Shown: positions 9,672-19,626 of the stretch, piece by piece
Layout: each line of letters starts with the position of its first letter
Position numbering within the stretch: position 1 is the stretch's first letter
Source: Micromonas pusilla
Taxonomy: Eukaryota
DNA: 32,000 bases
Direction of reading: 5' to 3'
NCBI GenBank assembly: GCA_000151265.1
Contig: GG663736.1
Location: 966,149 to 998,148, forward strand
Made by a program: the position numbers and the translations under genes
Notes under the pieces: generated by a model
Told to the model about the DNA's origin: nothing
Database searches by the model: none
What the model saw: only the letters and a program-made list of their open reading frames with translations

Positions 9672-10780
9672 TACTTCCGGAAGTAACTTCGGAGAAGTAC
9701 GGAAGTACGGAAGCACCTTCGAAAGTACCTTTGTACTTTCGTACAACGTTATGGATATGGCATGTGTAGGCCCTACAGACTTGATAGGTTTGGCTGGAAA
9801 TCGTGCCGAGGGAAACTGTACGTGTACGTGACTACGTGAGTACTACGTGTACAGTGCACACGTGTAGGGCCTAGCTAGCCCTACAGCCTACACGTGTATG
9901 TACTGTACGGAAGTACGAAAGTACACTAAATTGCGTCAGACCGACCATTGTCTGTGCGGAGATAGAGAATCGCCCTAGCTAGTCTACTTGTACTGTACGT
10001 GTACACGTATCACGTGCAGTACAAACGCGTTACTTTCGTACAACGATAAACGTACGAAAGTACTTTCGTACTTTCGTACCTTTTTTTTTTTCTATTATTC
10101 CATGTACAGTAAGTGTACAGCTGTACACGTACAGTAGACGTACAGTACACGACTACACGTACACGTAAGTTGTTTTTGTACACGTACAGAACTGTACACG
10201 TACGTGTAATGATGATGTTTTACAGTACCATATTTTTTAGTTTATCTATGCATGTGTAATTTGTATACACTGTACGCGTACATCACGTAGCTGTACTTGA
10301 TACATCCGTCCGTACGAAGGTAAATTTGTACGAAAATAGAATACTTCCGTACACGTAGCCCTACGGAAGTCCGTATTTTCGTACTCCGTACATTGATATC
10401 TACCTACTAGATAGATATTTCTGTACGAAAGTAGATACACTACAACTTGTACAATCTGATAGACTACGGTAAGTTAATACGCGTTGTTACTGTACTTCCG
10501 TACATTGTAGTAGGCAGTGCTAGTACACATAGCATCACGTAGCCCAACGACAAGACTACGTTGTACGGTACGAAGGTATTACTTTCGTACGAAAGTACTT
10601 TCGTACGAAAGTATCATACGAAAGTAGTACGAAAGTACGAAAGTACGAATAAATAGATACTTTCGTACTTTCGTACGAAAATAGATACTTTCGTACGAAG
10701 ATACTGTAGAATACTTTCGTACTTCCGTACAATGTACACATAGAATATGTGTACACGTACACGTACAGTACCTTCGTACT
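9672..10780. repeat. GTAC/ACGT-word palindromic array, about 1.1 kb, in the DXS/ChlI head-to-head spacer
   Basis: Nearly continuous gtacgaaagtac, gtactttcgtac and gtacacgtac words. CACGTG boxes lie at 9859-9864, 9891-9896 and 10011-10016. Track ORFs 10246..10440, 10556..10825 and 10579..10863 are spurious translations. Confidence 0.85.
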
Positions 10781-10948
10781 ATGTTTACCGTGCAAGAAAA
10801 AATGATAATAAATCCTCGACTGCACATATTCTTATTGGCCAGTATGAAAGATCCGCCAATCAAAGATTAGTTTTTATCAGTCAGACAGCAATCTGATCTG
10901 ATCCTTGAGAAGCACTTTCGGCACTCTGCTCCGCACGAACTCTCAACC

Positions 10949-13202
10949 ATGTCTTTCCACGCAAACAAAGCTACATGTTTGTCGTCAACTTCGAGTGCGC
11001 CCCTTCCCAATTTTCTTGAATCCCCAATGGATCCTCTGATACACATCGAGCGCACGCTTTTCCTCGAACGAACGAACAAGCGTACTTCCGCCGTAAAGCC
11101 GGGGTCTAAATCTTTTTTTTGCAGCTTCGTTTAGGATCGTCAGTGCAGAACTTCGTGCTAAAGCCAGGTGAGTATTCTACTAAATTGTCGCATGCTTCTT
11201 GTATTAAGTGTGTGACATCCTTAGACCTCACCGAGGCATCGCGGATGTTCATAAAAAACATTCCATGTTTTCTCGAGCTGTCACTGAAGGTATCAATCAT
11301 CATAGCCAGCTGATTTGCGCAGGCCTCTCACATTCTTTGTTTGGTTGAATTTCAGCTAACCAAGCAGAGACAGATGCAGCTTCGAACGCAGCTGCACGCC
11401 CTGTGTATCCTTTTAGTGCCATCATTGGGCAGGAAGAGATGAAGTTTGCCGCCATAATGAACATCATCGATCCAAACATAGGAGGGATCATGGTGATGGG
11501 CGATCGAGGTACTGGGAAGTCGACTACAGTTCGGTCTTTGGTATGTTTTGATTGAATGAATCCCATTTGAGCCCTTTACTTTTCTTCTTCCACAGGTTGA
11601 CCTACTGCCGCTAATTGACGTTGTCAAAGATGACCCTTTCATGAGCAGCCCAACTGACCCCAACTTGATGTCTCCAGATATACTCAAATTATTTCGTGAA
11701 GGGTATGCTACTATGTCAAAACGATTCCTGTGCCTTTATTTCACTTACATCAACTGTATATTTGGCTCTAAATGTATGATTTCGGCGGTCCCCTGCATAT
11801 TGTTCGCCTCTTGAAACCACGAGAGTTCCCATAAACATGGTAGACCTACCGTTGGGCGCGACAGAGGATAGAGTGTGTGGAACCATAGACATCGAAAAAG
11901 CTCTGACAGGCAGGGAATAACCGGTCTTGATTGTGTTACATAGGATGCTGTCGCACGTTTTTTTTTCAACGCGAAATCCGACTTCCACCGCTGTTTGCTG
12001 CCCGCAACCCTTGCCAAGGAAGGGACGAAAGCTTTTGAACCTGGACTCCTAGCAAAGGAAAGTCTTGTCTCTTGTGACCATTTGTGGTATCACTTACCTA
12101 TTTATCTCACCGTTTTCTCATATGCCAGGCTAATCGCGGAATTCTTTATGTCGATGAGGTTAACTTACTAGACGACCATCTTGTGGACGTTCTCCTTGAC
12201 TCCGCGGTAAATTATTTTTCCTTCAGATGAGAGAGTTGTGTATATCGCTAAACAAACCTCTATGTCTCTAGGCTTCCGGTTGGAACACCGTCGAACGAGA
12301 AGGAATAAGCATATGTCATCCTGCCCGTTTCATTCTTATTGGTTCTGGGAATCCAGAGGTTTGCACTACTTATGAAACAGCGCACAGCTGGAGAGGGGAG
12401 TTTTTTTTATGCAAGACGTCTAAAACTTTTGCACAGGAGGGTGAACTTCGCCCCCAACTTCTTGATAGGTTTGGTATGCATGCACAGATCAAGACCGTGA
12501 AGTTGCCTGAGGTGTGTGATTCTTAACCACAGTTTTCACTGTTTGACCAAGAAAACCGAACGTATTTTCGTTGGTGCTGGACTCTAACCCTTGGAGCGAG
12601 TGAGAGTCGTTGAAGAGCGCACTGCTTTTGATACCTCACCCAATGAATTTCGCAAAAGTACACTTCATTTGTTGTTGTTTTCCAATTCTTTCGTTTGGTC
12701 AGCATTTGCACTGAGAACACGTCCATTTGCAGAGTACGAATCGGAACAGAGGGCGATAATCAGTAAACTTGACACTGCTCGGGAGTTGCTGCCTTCAGTT
12801 CAAGTACCAATGGAAATTCGGCTCAAGATTTCTCAGGTACGTTTCTTGCACGTATGACTGTTTACTTGTATTTCACAGTTTCATTTGTGTTAAGGTTTGT
12901 TCCGAGCTTGATGTCGACGGGCTCAGGGGAGACCTCGTCACTACCCGTGCTTCCAGAGCTGCTGCTGCATACAGGTTTGTGCTCAAGCATATGATTTCAC
13001 AGTTTCTGGAATTTCGCCGTCTAAATAAATATATCTCGTGTACTCCAGGGGTGCCAACGAAGTCACCGATGAAGACGTCTACTCGGTGGTTACACTGTGT
13101 CTTCGTCACCGTCTGCGAAAGGATCCTATGGCGACTATTGACGAAGGCACGAAAGTGCTTGAGGTTTTCTCAAGTGTGTTCGGATATGATTCTGAGGAGT
13201 GA
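10949..13202 (+). CDS. CHLI: Magnesium chelatase subunit I (ChlI), 13 exons
   Basis: Model sums to 1242 nt, or 414 codons, in frame. Exons: 10949-11092, 11125-11167, 11356-11540, 11596-11702, 11824-11908, 12019-12057, 12129-12206, 12272-12358, 12437-12511, 12597-12657, 12733-12836, 12895-12974, 13049-13202. Conserved strings include [147 protein letters not shown] and LRHRLRKDP. The stop TGA is at 13200-13202. The first exon and intron are uncertain. An alternative is exon 10949-11081 joined to 11135, giving a 53-nt intron. The 39-nt exon 12019-12057 needs non-GT donors on both of its flanking introns. Confidence 0.9.
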
Positions 13203-13435
13203 GCAAGAGTTGTTGATAAGTCCATGAATTTCATGATGGAAATATCCGCAGCTGATGTACTTATAGAGGAACTGCTCTCAACACACTACAGGAAAGGATG
13301 CTAAACAATTTGAAAATAACGTCACCACTGACAACAAAAGTGGTATTGCACAACCTTCAGAACAAACTTTCGAAAGGCAGCTTAAACTGCGTCTTCTGCC
13401 AGACCATCATGAACAAGAGAGTTTCATCGAGGAAC

Positions 13436-14755
13436 TCACTGTCCCGGGGATGGAGAGCTCACAAGCCCTGCAGCATCATCCCATGCATCTCCTGAAAGAA
13501 CGCTATCAATCGCTCGAGAGTTTTTATCGACGACTTTATCCACTATCCCGTAAGCAATCGCGTCCTTCGCCGTCAGATAAAGAGGACGTTGAATATCCTG
13601 TGTCATAAAGTTAGTCAGACAGGATACGATTCGAGAGACGATTAAAAAAACTCCACATTATCTATCTTCTCTTTGGAGTGACCAGTTGTCAGACTTAATA
13701 TATCAACCATGGCTTTCTTTTGCTCAAGAACTTCTTTCCACTTGAGGTGGAGTTCAATAGCCTGTCGTTGACCAGTAGATGGTATCCTTGGCTGATGCAG
13801 CATCGCTGTTGCATGAGCTGTCATAAACCGTTTGCCCTTATTTCCAGCTGACAGTATCATGCAAGCTTGACCTATGGCAACCCCCGTGCCAACAGTATAA
13901 ATCTGTTGAAGGGGAAAATTTTCAGCGAAACGAAGGTGGGGCACTTTATTGTTTGCATTATCAGAATATGGCAGCTTACCTCATTGCCTATATACTTCAT
14001 GGTGTCATATATAGACGTAGCTTCAGTTTCAAAGCCTACAACCTCCCCATCAGCTCGCTGACAACCAGTAGAATTTATGTATATGTAGCATGGACGAGTA
14101 GCGTCCGTGTACTGCATGTAGAGAAGCTCGGATACGATGAGCTCGGTCACCGCTGGAACCAGCTGTGTCGCCACGATGGTGCTTCTCCGTTAGTAAATAA
14201 GTTTATCGTGGAGAAGAGTTTCATTTCTTCCGAAGACAGTCACAGAAGGTATTGGGTGGGACATACCGGCATCCCTATGTAAACAATCCGGCTGTCAAGA
14301 AGAAGCGAAGGTAGATCGGGAGGGGGCGTTTTGGGTTTGTGCTCGTTGTACGAGGAGCTCGGCGTGGCGCTTGCAGGAGAATAAGAGCACACAACCCCAG
14401 GTTTTCTTTTATCGCCGACTCTTTTGTTGGCGGGTTGAGTGTCACTCAATCCTTCGCTCCCTAAAAAAGCGAAAAAAGAGTAGAATACTTGTCAATTCAA
14501 AATGGTAGAGTTGTATGAACTCTCATTGATGTGTATGGTAAAAAAATTGACAAGCATACATCTTGGCGTGAGAGCGGCTGCACAAACGACTCTAGGTACT
14601 GAGACTGGACGCCTATCAGTGTATACACCAACTCGGCGAAATGAAGTTTTAGAGCGAGCCCGAATACTTAACTTGCGTGGAATCACTTTCGGCCGGGTGG
14701 ACTCAAGCCGCGATGATATGGAATGATTGCCCGAAAAGGCACGGAAATACCACAT
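13436..14755 (-). CDS. CLPR: Plastid Clp protease non-catalytic subunit (ClpR, ClpR3-like), 5 exons
   Basis: Model sums to 981 nt in frame. Exons: 14755-14560, 14460-14267, 14162-13980, 13902-13657, 13597-13436. All introns are GT-AG and 59-104 nt long. Conserved strings include PPDLPSLLLDSRIVYIGMP|LVPAVTELIVSELLYMQY, YIYINSTG and GKRFMTAHATAMLHQPR. The ClpP catalytic-Ser motif is replaced by GVAIGQACMIL, as in ClpR paralogues. The N-terminus MWYFRAFSGNHSISSRLESTRPKVIPRKLSIRARSK... looks like a transit peptide. A GTGAGT overlapping the stop could allow a further 3' exon. Confidence 0.85.
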
Positions 14756-14809
14756 GAAGAGGTTACCAGTACAATGGCTTCAGGGAAACGAATTAGGGCT
14801 ATCTTATGG

Positions 14810-15355
14810 AAGTACAACTACAGTACGTTGTACTTTCGTACGTTGTACTTACTTCCGGAAGTACGAAGGTACGAAAGTACGAACCGGAAATAATAATACG
14901 AAGTACGAAAGTACAACTATTCTATTTTCGAGGTAAGTTGTTACTTTATTTCGTACGAAAATAGAATACCTTCGAAAAGGTACGTGTACGTGTACAACTA
15001 CACGTGTACGGAAGTAAATATTTGTTACGAACGAAGGTACTTAAAGTACTACCGAAGTATCATACGAAAGTATCAAAGAAAGTACGTGTAGTTGTACAGT
15101 ACACGTACACGTACGTGTACATTATTGCTTGCTTCGTACGGAAGAAGGTATTTTCGTACGAAAGTACTTCCGGAAATACTTCCGGAAGTACGAAAGTACA
15201 ACTATGTACGGAAGTAATGATAATGATACACGTACAGTATGCTATCGCACAATATTTATTCTAAAAATGACACAAATATATTGAGCGGGCGATTCTATAA
15301 ACGCGGTTGTACTTCCGTACACAGTACTGTCTACTGTACCTTCATACGAAGGTAG
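14810..15355. repeat. GTAC-word palindromic array
   Basis: Contains gtacgttgtactttcgtacgttgtac, gtacttccggaagtac and gtacacgtacacgtacgtgtac words. Track ORFs 14727..14936 and 15004..15264 are spurious. Confidence 0.85.
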
Positions 15356-15430
15356 AATTTACAGCATGCAGCTATATGCACGCTGCGAAGATATGCAAGG
15401 GATATTAATTTATAAGAAGGTAGGTAGCTA

Positions 15431-15566
15431 GGTACCTTGGTATTCAGTGCACTCAGCGGCAGGGGAGGCTGCACTGAGCGCGTTTTGAGCAAGAACCGCC
15501 ATCACACCGGTATTCAGTGCACTCAACCCAACTGACCGACGGCCGAAGCGCTGGAGGCGCTTTTTT
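15431..15566. other. GC-rich islet with a 17-bp direct repeat and a hairpin plus T6 tract; candidate small RNA or core promoter
   Basis: ggtattcagtgcactca occurs at 15439-15455 and again at 15509-15525, a 70-bp period. The hairpin aagcgc-tggag-gcgctt lies at 15546-15562, with its 3' end running into tttttt at 15561-15566. The islet sits inside AT-rich GTAC arrays. I recognise no RNA family. Confidence 0.3.
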
Positions 15567-15649
15567 ATAATGGGCTATATCCGATAGGAAATATCTAGTG
15601 TTTATTATTCCACAGGGAGTAAGTTGTTATTTACTATTATTTATTTGAT

Positions 15650-16175
15650 ACAAGTACCTTCGAAGGTACCTTCGTAGACTACAATGTACATACACGTACA
15701 ACGTTGTACACGTACACGTACACGTATCACTCACGCATCTATCACCATAAAAATACGAAGGTAGTCTACAGTACGTGTAGATACACTATGATAGTCTACA
15801 ATGTATGTACATTCAATCAGTTTATATTCAATCCTACACGTACGTGCGTGGGATGTGAAATAGTACGTGTACAGCTGTACACGTACGTGTACTGCTCAGG
15901 GATACCATAGTCACGTACAGTGTGTTTTCAAATAAAAAAAGGTACACGTACAACTAGTGAATGATGCTGTGCGTGTACACGTACAGTACGTGTACAGCTG
16001 TACACGTACTTCCGGAAATAGAAATGATACCTTCGAAGATAGATACGAAGGTACTTTCGTACTTTCGTACTTTCGTACTTTCGTACTTTCGTACTTTCGT
16101 ACTTTCGTACGAAAGTACGAAGGTACTTTCGTACTTTCGTACTTTCGAAAGTACTTTCGTACCTTCGAAGGTATT
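15650..16175. repeat. GTAC-word palindromic array including a perfect (GTACTTTC)7 tandem
   Basis: Seven perfect tandem GTACTTTC units lie at 16051-16106. The array then switches to the complementary word gtacgaaagtac. The palindrome gtaccttcgaaggtac is at 15654-15669. Track ORFs 15704..15910, 15954..16310, 15957..16199 and 15961..16233 are spurious. Confidence 0.9.
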
Positions 16176-16480
16176 ATTCATGTCTACGGTACCATATGAA
16201 GATATTGATTGCAGTCGTACGTTTCTTATGTAAGACGTGTGTCGTGTAGCCCGAGGGTACTTGTCGTGAATTCGTTTACTTTGTTTACAGGCGCCTTCTC
16301 GATACTGCATCGGCGTCTCTGTGTTGCGACGTGTAGATTCGGTTTATCGCACTTCTTAAGCTGATCACTGCCACTCGACGTTTAGTACAATAATTTTAAC
16401 AGTACGGTTTATATCGTCTTGGGTTTCTAAGTTGTATGACATTTTTTTACGATTCCTTAAGTGGTCATTCATTCTCTTTT

Positions 16481-16956
16481 ATGACCCTCAAAGAAGTGCC
16501 TCGGTATTACTGCGGTATGTTTAGTCAAGGTCTTTTCGTTTCTCCTCCTTGATTACGATTCTTTGTTTCAGATTACTGTGATGCTTACCTGACACATGAC
16601 TCTGTACGTTTATAAGTGAACTTGTTTAGTCTGGCTTTCCTTTGTGGAAAAGACTTACGACTGGCGAATTACTGATTTCTTCTTACAGCCCTCTGTTCGA
16701 AAACAGCACAATGCTGGCTACAAACACAAGGTACTAGAACTACACTTTCCTGATATTAAAGTTCATTGACTTCTCATCAAAGTATGCGTAGGCAAATGTT
16801 CGCAACTATTATATGCAGTTTGAAGAGCAGACTACTCTTTCTTTTATAGATAAGAAGTTGAGTTCTTTTGATGGAAGCGCGTTCACAGCTTATCAGCACG
16901 AAATAAGTCGGGTTCTGAAAGAGCAGATTGAGCGCCGTTCCAGTGATATTTTATGA
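16481..16956 (+). CDS. SNRPC: U1 small nuclear ribonucleoprotein C (U1-C zinc-finger protein), 4 exons
   Basis: Model sums to 273 nt in frame. Exons: 16481-16514, 16572-16603, 16689-16730, 16792-16956. Introns are GT-AG, 57, 85 and 61 nt long. It encodes [49 protein letters not shown]..., a near-exact U1-type zinc-finger signature. The 3' end is uncertain. A GTGATA donor at 16943 and the acceptor ttttacag at about 16973 could add a tail containing GPPGPP. Confidence 0.8.
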
Positions 16957-17365
16957 AAAGAGTCACTTTTACAGGTGCAGACATCTTGCACAAGAAAACA
17001 TTGCTGTGGTTGATTGAAGAGTGCATTTCGCTGAGAAGTGTAAGGATATGCACTTTTTTTCGTGGTCCACCAGGTCCACCAACTTATCACTGCCCACCAA
17101 TATATTTCATTTGAGATGACAAGAAGATTTCAGAGAAGCAGGATTCTTTAGTCTGACTCTGAAGCCAAATTAATATCCTTAATACCGTGTAATGATACGT
17201 ACAGCTAAAAATTTAATGAAATCAAATATTTCCTACTTTTGTTCTTTAGATTAATGAGTGTCGACACTGAGAACAAGGGAAAAGCAATATGGTTCTCGTA
17301 GCCGCGCTTCAACAAGAATTGTACGGACATATTTTTATCTTAGCCTACATATGTACCAAAGACCT

Positions 17366-17505
17366 TTTCCGTTAGCTCAGTTGGTCAGAGCGTGGTGCTT
17401 ATATGCGCGGCATTGATCGGCATAGCTGAAGAACACATATACGATGACTCGTCCCTGAGTCTCATGGCAACGCCAAGGTCACGGGTTCGAGACCCGTACG
17501 GAGAA
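17366..17505 (+). tRNA. trnI-UAU: tRNA-Ile (anticodon UAU) with a 66-nt intron
   Basis: The cloverleaf was folded by hand. The acceptor stem is tttccgt / acggaga (7 pairs, one G-U). The D arm is tagctcagttggtcagagc. The anticodon stem is tggtg / cgcca, and the loop reads CTTATAA after removal of 17404-17469, which sits at the canonical 37/38 position. The variable loop is aggtc and the T arm is acggg-ttcgaga-cccgt. As far as I recall tRNA-Ile sequences, the body closely resembles cytosolic tRNA-Ile. A T5 tract at 17512-17516 fits a Pol III terminator. Confidence 0.85.
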
Positions 17506-18216
17506 AAATAGTTTTTCGCGATCCCTGTGGCCTTGACATACTTGTACGTTGTAATTGTACGGAAGCGCAAATATGTACACTTTTGGAAACATTATTAGGG
17601 TATTATTAGGGTGCATGTGCTCTTCAAATAGATAGCGAGAGTCTTCTATTTCTTTGATACTTCCGTTCAAATGTTTGCACGGGAGTACAAGTTGTGACAT
17701 GCATGTTGCGCTACGCTTATACTGGGCTGATAACAAACTAGTGCCAGTGTACACGTACTAAGCTCCGGAAAAAAATGCTTCTGCTTTGAGTGAATCGGTA
17801 CAGTATAACTGTCTAAAGTAAAATACTCGGATGTAGCATACATCTACTCACACCTTCGAAGGGAATTAAACCCCAACACACTAGGTTGTCACCTGTGTCC
17901 TGACCCTGATACCAAACTGAAGGCTGAGCGTTGGTCCCTTGGACTGCACGTTGCTCAATTTGTAAGTGTACGTACTGTGTTAAGTGAAGTTCAAACCCCA
18001 CAAAAAACCTCGTTGTCCGGAATTTCATCGTAGCGATGAGCAGACGACTCAGAGCAACGAGCACGTATGGACTTGAGCACAAAAAGTTAAAGAAAAGAAG
18101 GCCTGCTTGAACATGGAGACTGCGACGTGTGCTGACCCCCCAGCTTAAGAGGACATGATTTATGTTCTAAAGAGATATCTGTGATGAAAACGGAGGATGG
18201 AACAATCCTTCAGGTC

Positions 18217-19535
18217 TCATACCGTCTCTTCAGCAATCATCTCTTCACTGAAATTATGTACACAGTTTACGAAAAAATCAACTCTTGCTGGATCTTCTTT
18301 GCCCGTGAGACCAGCTCCGAGGTTGGCGATAAGCTTCTGTGGACCAAATTCAGTCAGCATGCGCTTTACTCCGGACTCAATTGCTTTCAAATCCCCCCCA
18401 GTATCTATATGAAGTAAGGCAGGGTCAAAGTTCCCTTGAAGTTGACCAGGTTCTACTCCCCTTGCACTTGCCTCTTCTTGAAGTATAGCACGAGCATCAT
18501 GACCTCGCATCGTCGTGTCGACTGTCATGACATCGTAACCGGCATGTTGAAGATAATGTAGTCCATATGGAGCATCGCGAGTGAATCCAAGAATGGGTGT
18601 GTCAGGATGGCGGGATCTGATCTCAATCGCTATCCGTTCAAGGCAAGGATAAGCAAAGTTGATAAAGTTCTCTTCATCAATATGTTCACACATGGCTTCA
18701 AATACTTGCACCATATGAACTCCGGCGTGAATCTGAGCGTCCAAATAATCAATGACAACAGTTGTCAGCGAATCCAGAAGTAAGCGCGACTCTTTCGGGT
18801 GATCTCTGAGCCAAAGCATACCGTTGCCAGTGTTTTTCTTCGAACTGCCACCAACCATGTAGTAAAGCAATGTCCATGGAGCAGCAGAAAAACCAATGAG
18901 AGGGACGCCTAGATTTTCTTTGTCTATCTGGCGATTGATTTCTTTGATTGCTTCAAGGACATGCCCTAACTTCTTGTGGACATCAACAGAACTTGGCAAG
19001 CGCTCCAGGTCTTCAGGCTTATTCAACGGATTCACCACCACGATTCCCCTTCCACCGGGCATCTCCACGTTAATGTTCATCGCTTCAGCGACGACAAGAA
19101 TATCAGAAAAAAGGATTCCGGCATCTACATTGTACCTTCGAACAGGCTGGAGTGTGCACTCTGCTACATCTTTCGGATCCTTGAGGAGCTCAAGAAAGTT
19201 TTTGTTCTTCACCTTTTTGTATTCATTGTATTCCGGAAGGTGCCGTCCAGCTTGCCGGAATAACCACACGGGAGTGCGGTCAACTTTTTCACCTTTTGCC
19301 GCACGTAGCATGGAGTCATTAGGAGGAGTTGAATTCGCCAGCTTCACAGCGTTACTCCCGGACTGCGCCGCTTGAACACAGTGTTGACGGTCACATAAAA
19401 ACGTTGGATAAGGTGTGAAGATGCCAGTTTAGTATCGAAGAGTAAACCCTACTGTGCAAGCTGGCGAAACTTCCGAGTATGAGTGGCGCTACGAGCGCGA
19501 GGTGCGAACACGGTATGGTAGGAACTTGCACTCAT
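18217..19535 (-). CDS. HEME: Uroporphyrinogen decarboxylase, main exon plus a predicted 5' transit-peptide exon
   Basis: The main exon is track ORF 18217..19347, whose track start is GTG. It carries [28 protein letters not shown] and [10 protein letters not shown]. The first ATG in that exon (19311) falls inside the conserved N-terminal block. I therefore propose exon 1 at 19535-19453 ([27 protein letters not shown]...), a 98-nt GT-AG intron, and exon 2 at 19354-18217. The total is 1221 nt in frame. The upstream exon is inference. Confidence 0.85.
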
Positions 19536-19626
19536 GTCCGTTAGCTAAATAGTCCACTCGCTGCGGATGTCACGCTGAATCGGAACATAAAACTGACTCA
19601 GATAGAACATAAACCATTGTATCATC

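Noticed and set aside
9672-10780. GTAC arrays as a CRISPR-like array
   Set aside because: There is no constant 25-40 bp repeat alternating with unique spacers. The units are 8-16 bp and self-complementary. The surrounding genes are eukaryotic with spliceosomal introns, and there are no cas-like ORFs.
11300-13227. Track ORFs 11300..11566, 11352..11687, 11716..12017, 12769..13227 and 12873..13109 within the ChlI locus
   Set aside because: They are antisense or run across ChlI exon/intron boundaries out of frame. The spliced ChlI model explains the locus.
15954-16310. Many 60-130 aa track ORFs on both strands with peptide words such as STKVLSYESTFVRKYFRT. Examples are 46..321, 1298..1519, 10556..10863, 15004..15264, 15954..16310, 19545..19839, 20848..21249, 25803..26138, 29706..30154 and 30483..30746.
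   Set aside because: They are translations of the GTAC word arrays. They are open in several frames and on both strands at once, mostly start at non-ATG codons, and have no domain signature.
17506-18216. Minus-strand ORFs 17479..17754 and 17813..18082 (MKFRTTRFFVGFELHL...IPFEG followed by GTGAGT) as an extra gene between the tRNA and UROD
   Set aside because: I found no recognisable domain, the track starts are non-ATG, and I could not build a consistent exon chain. The region is left unassigned and may be UROD 3' UTR.
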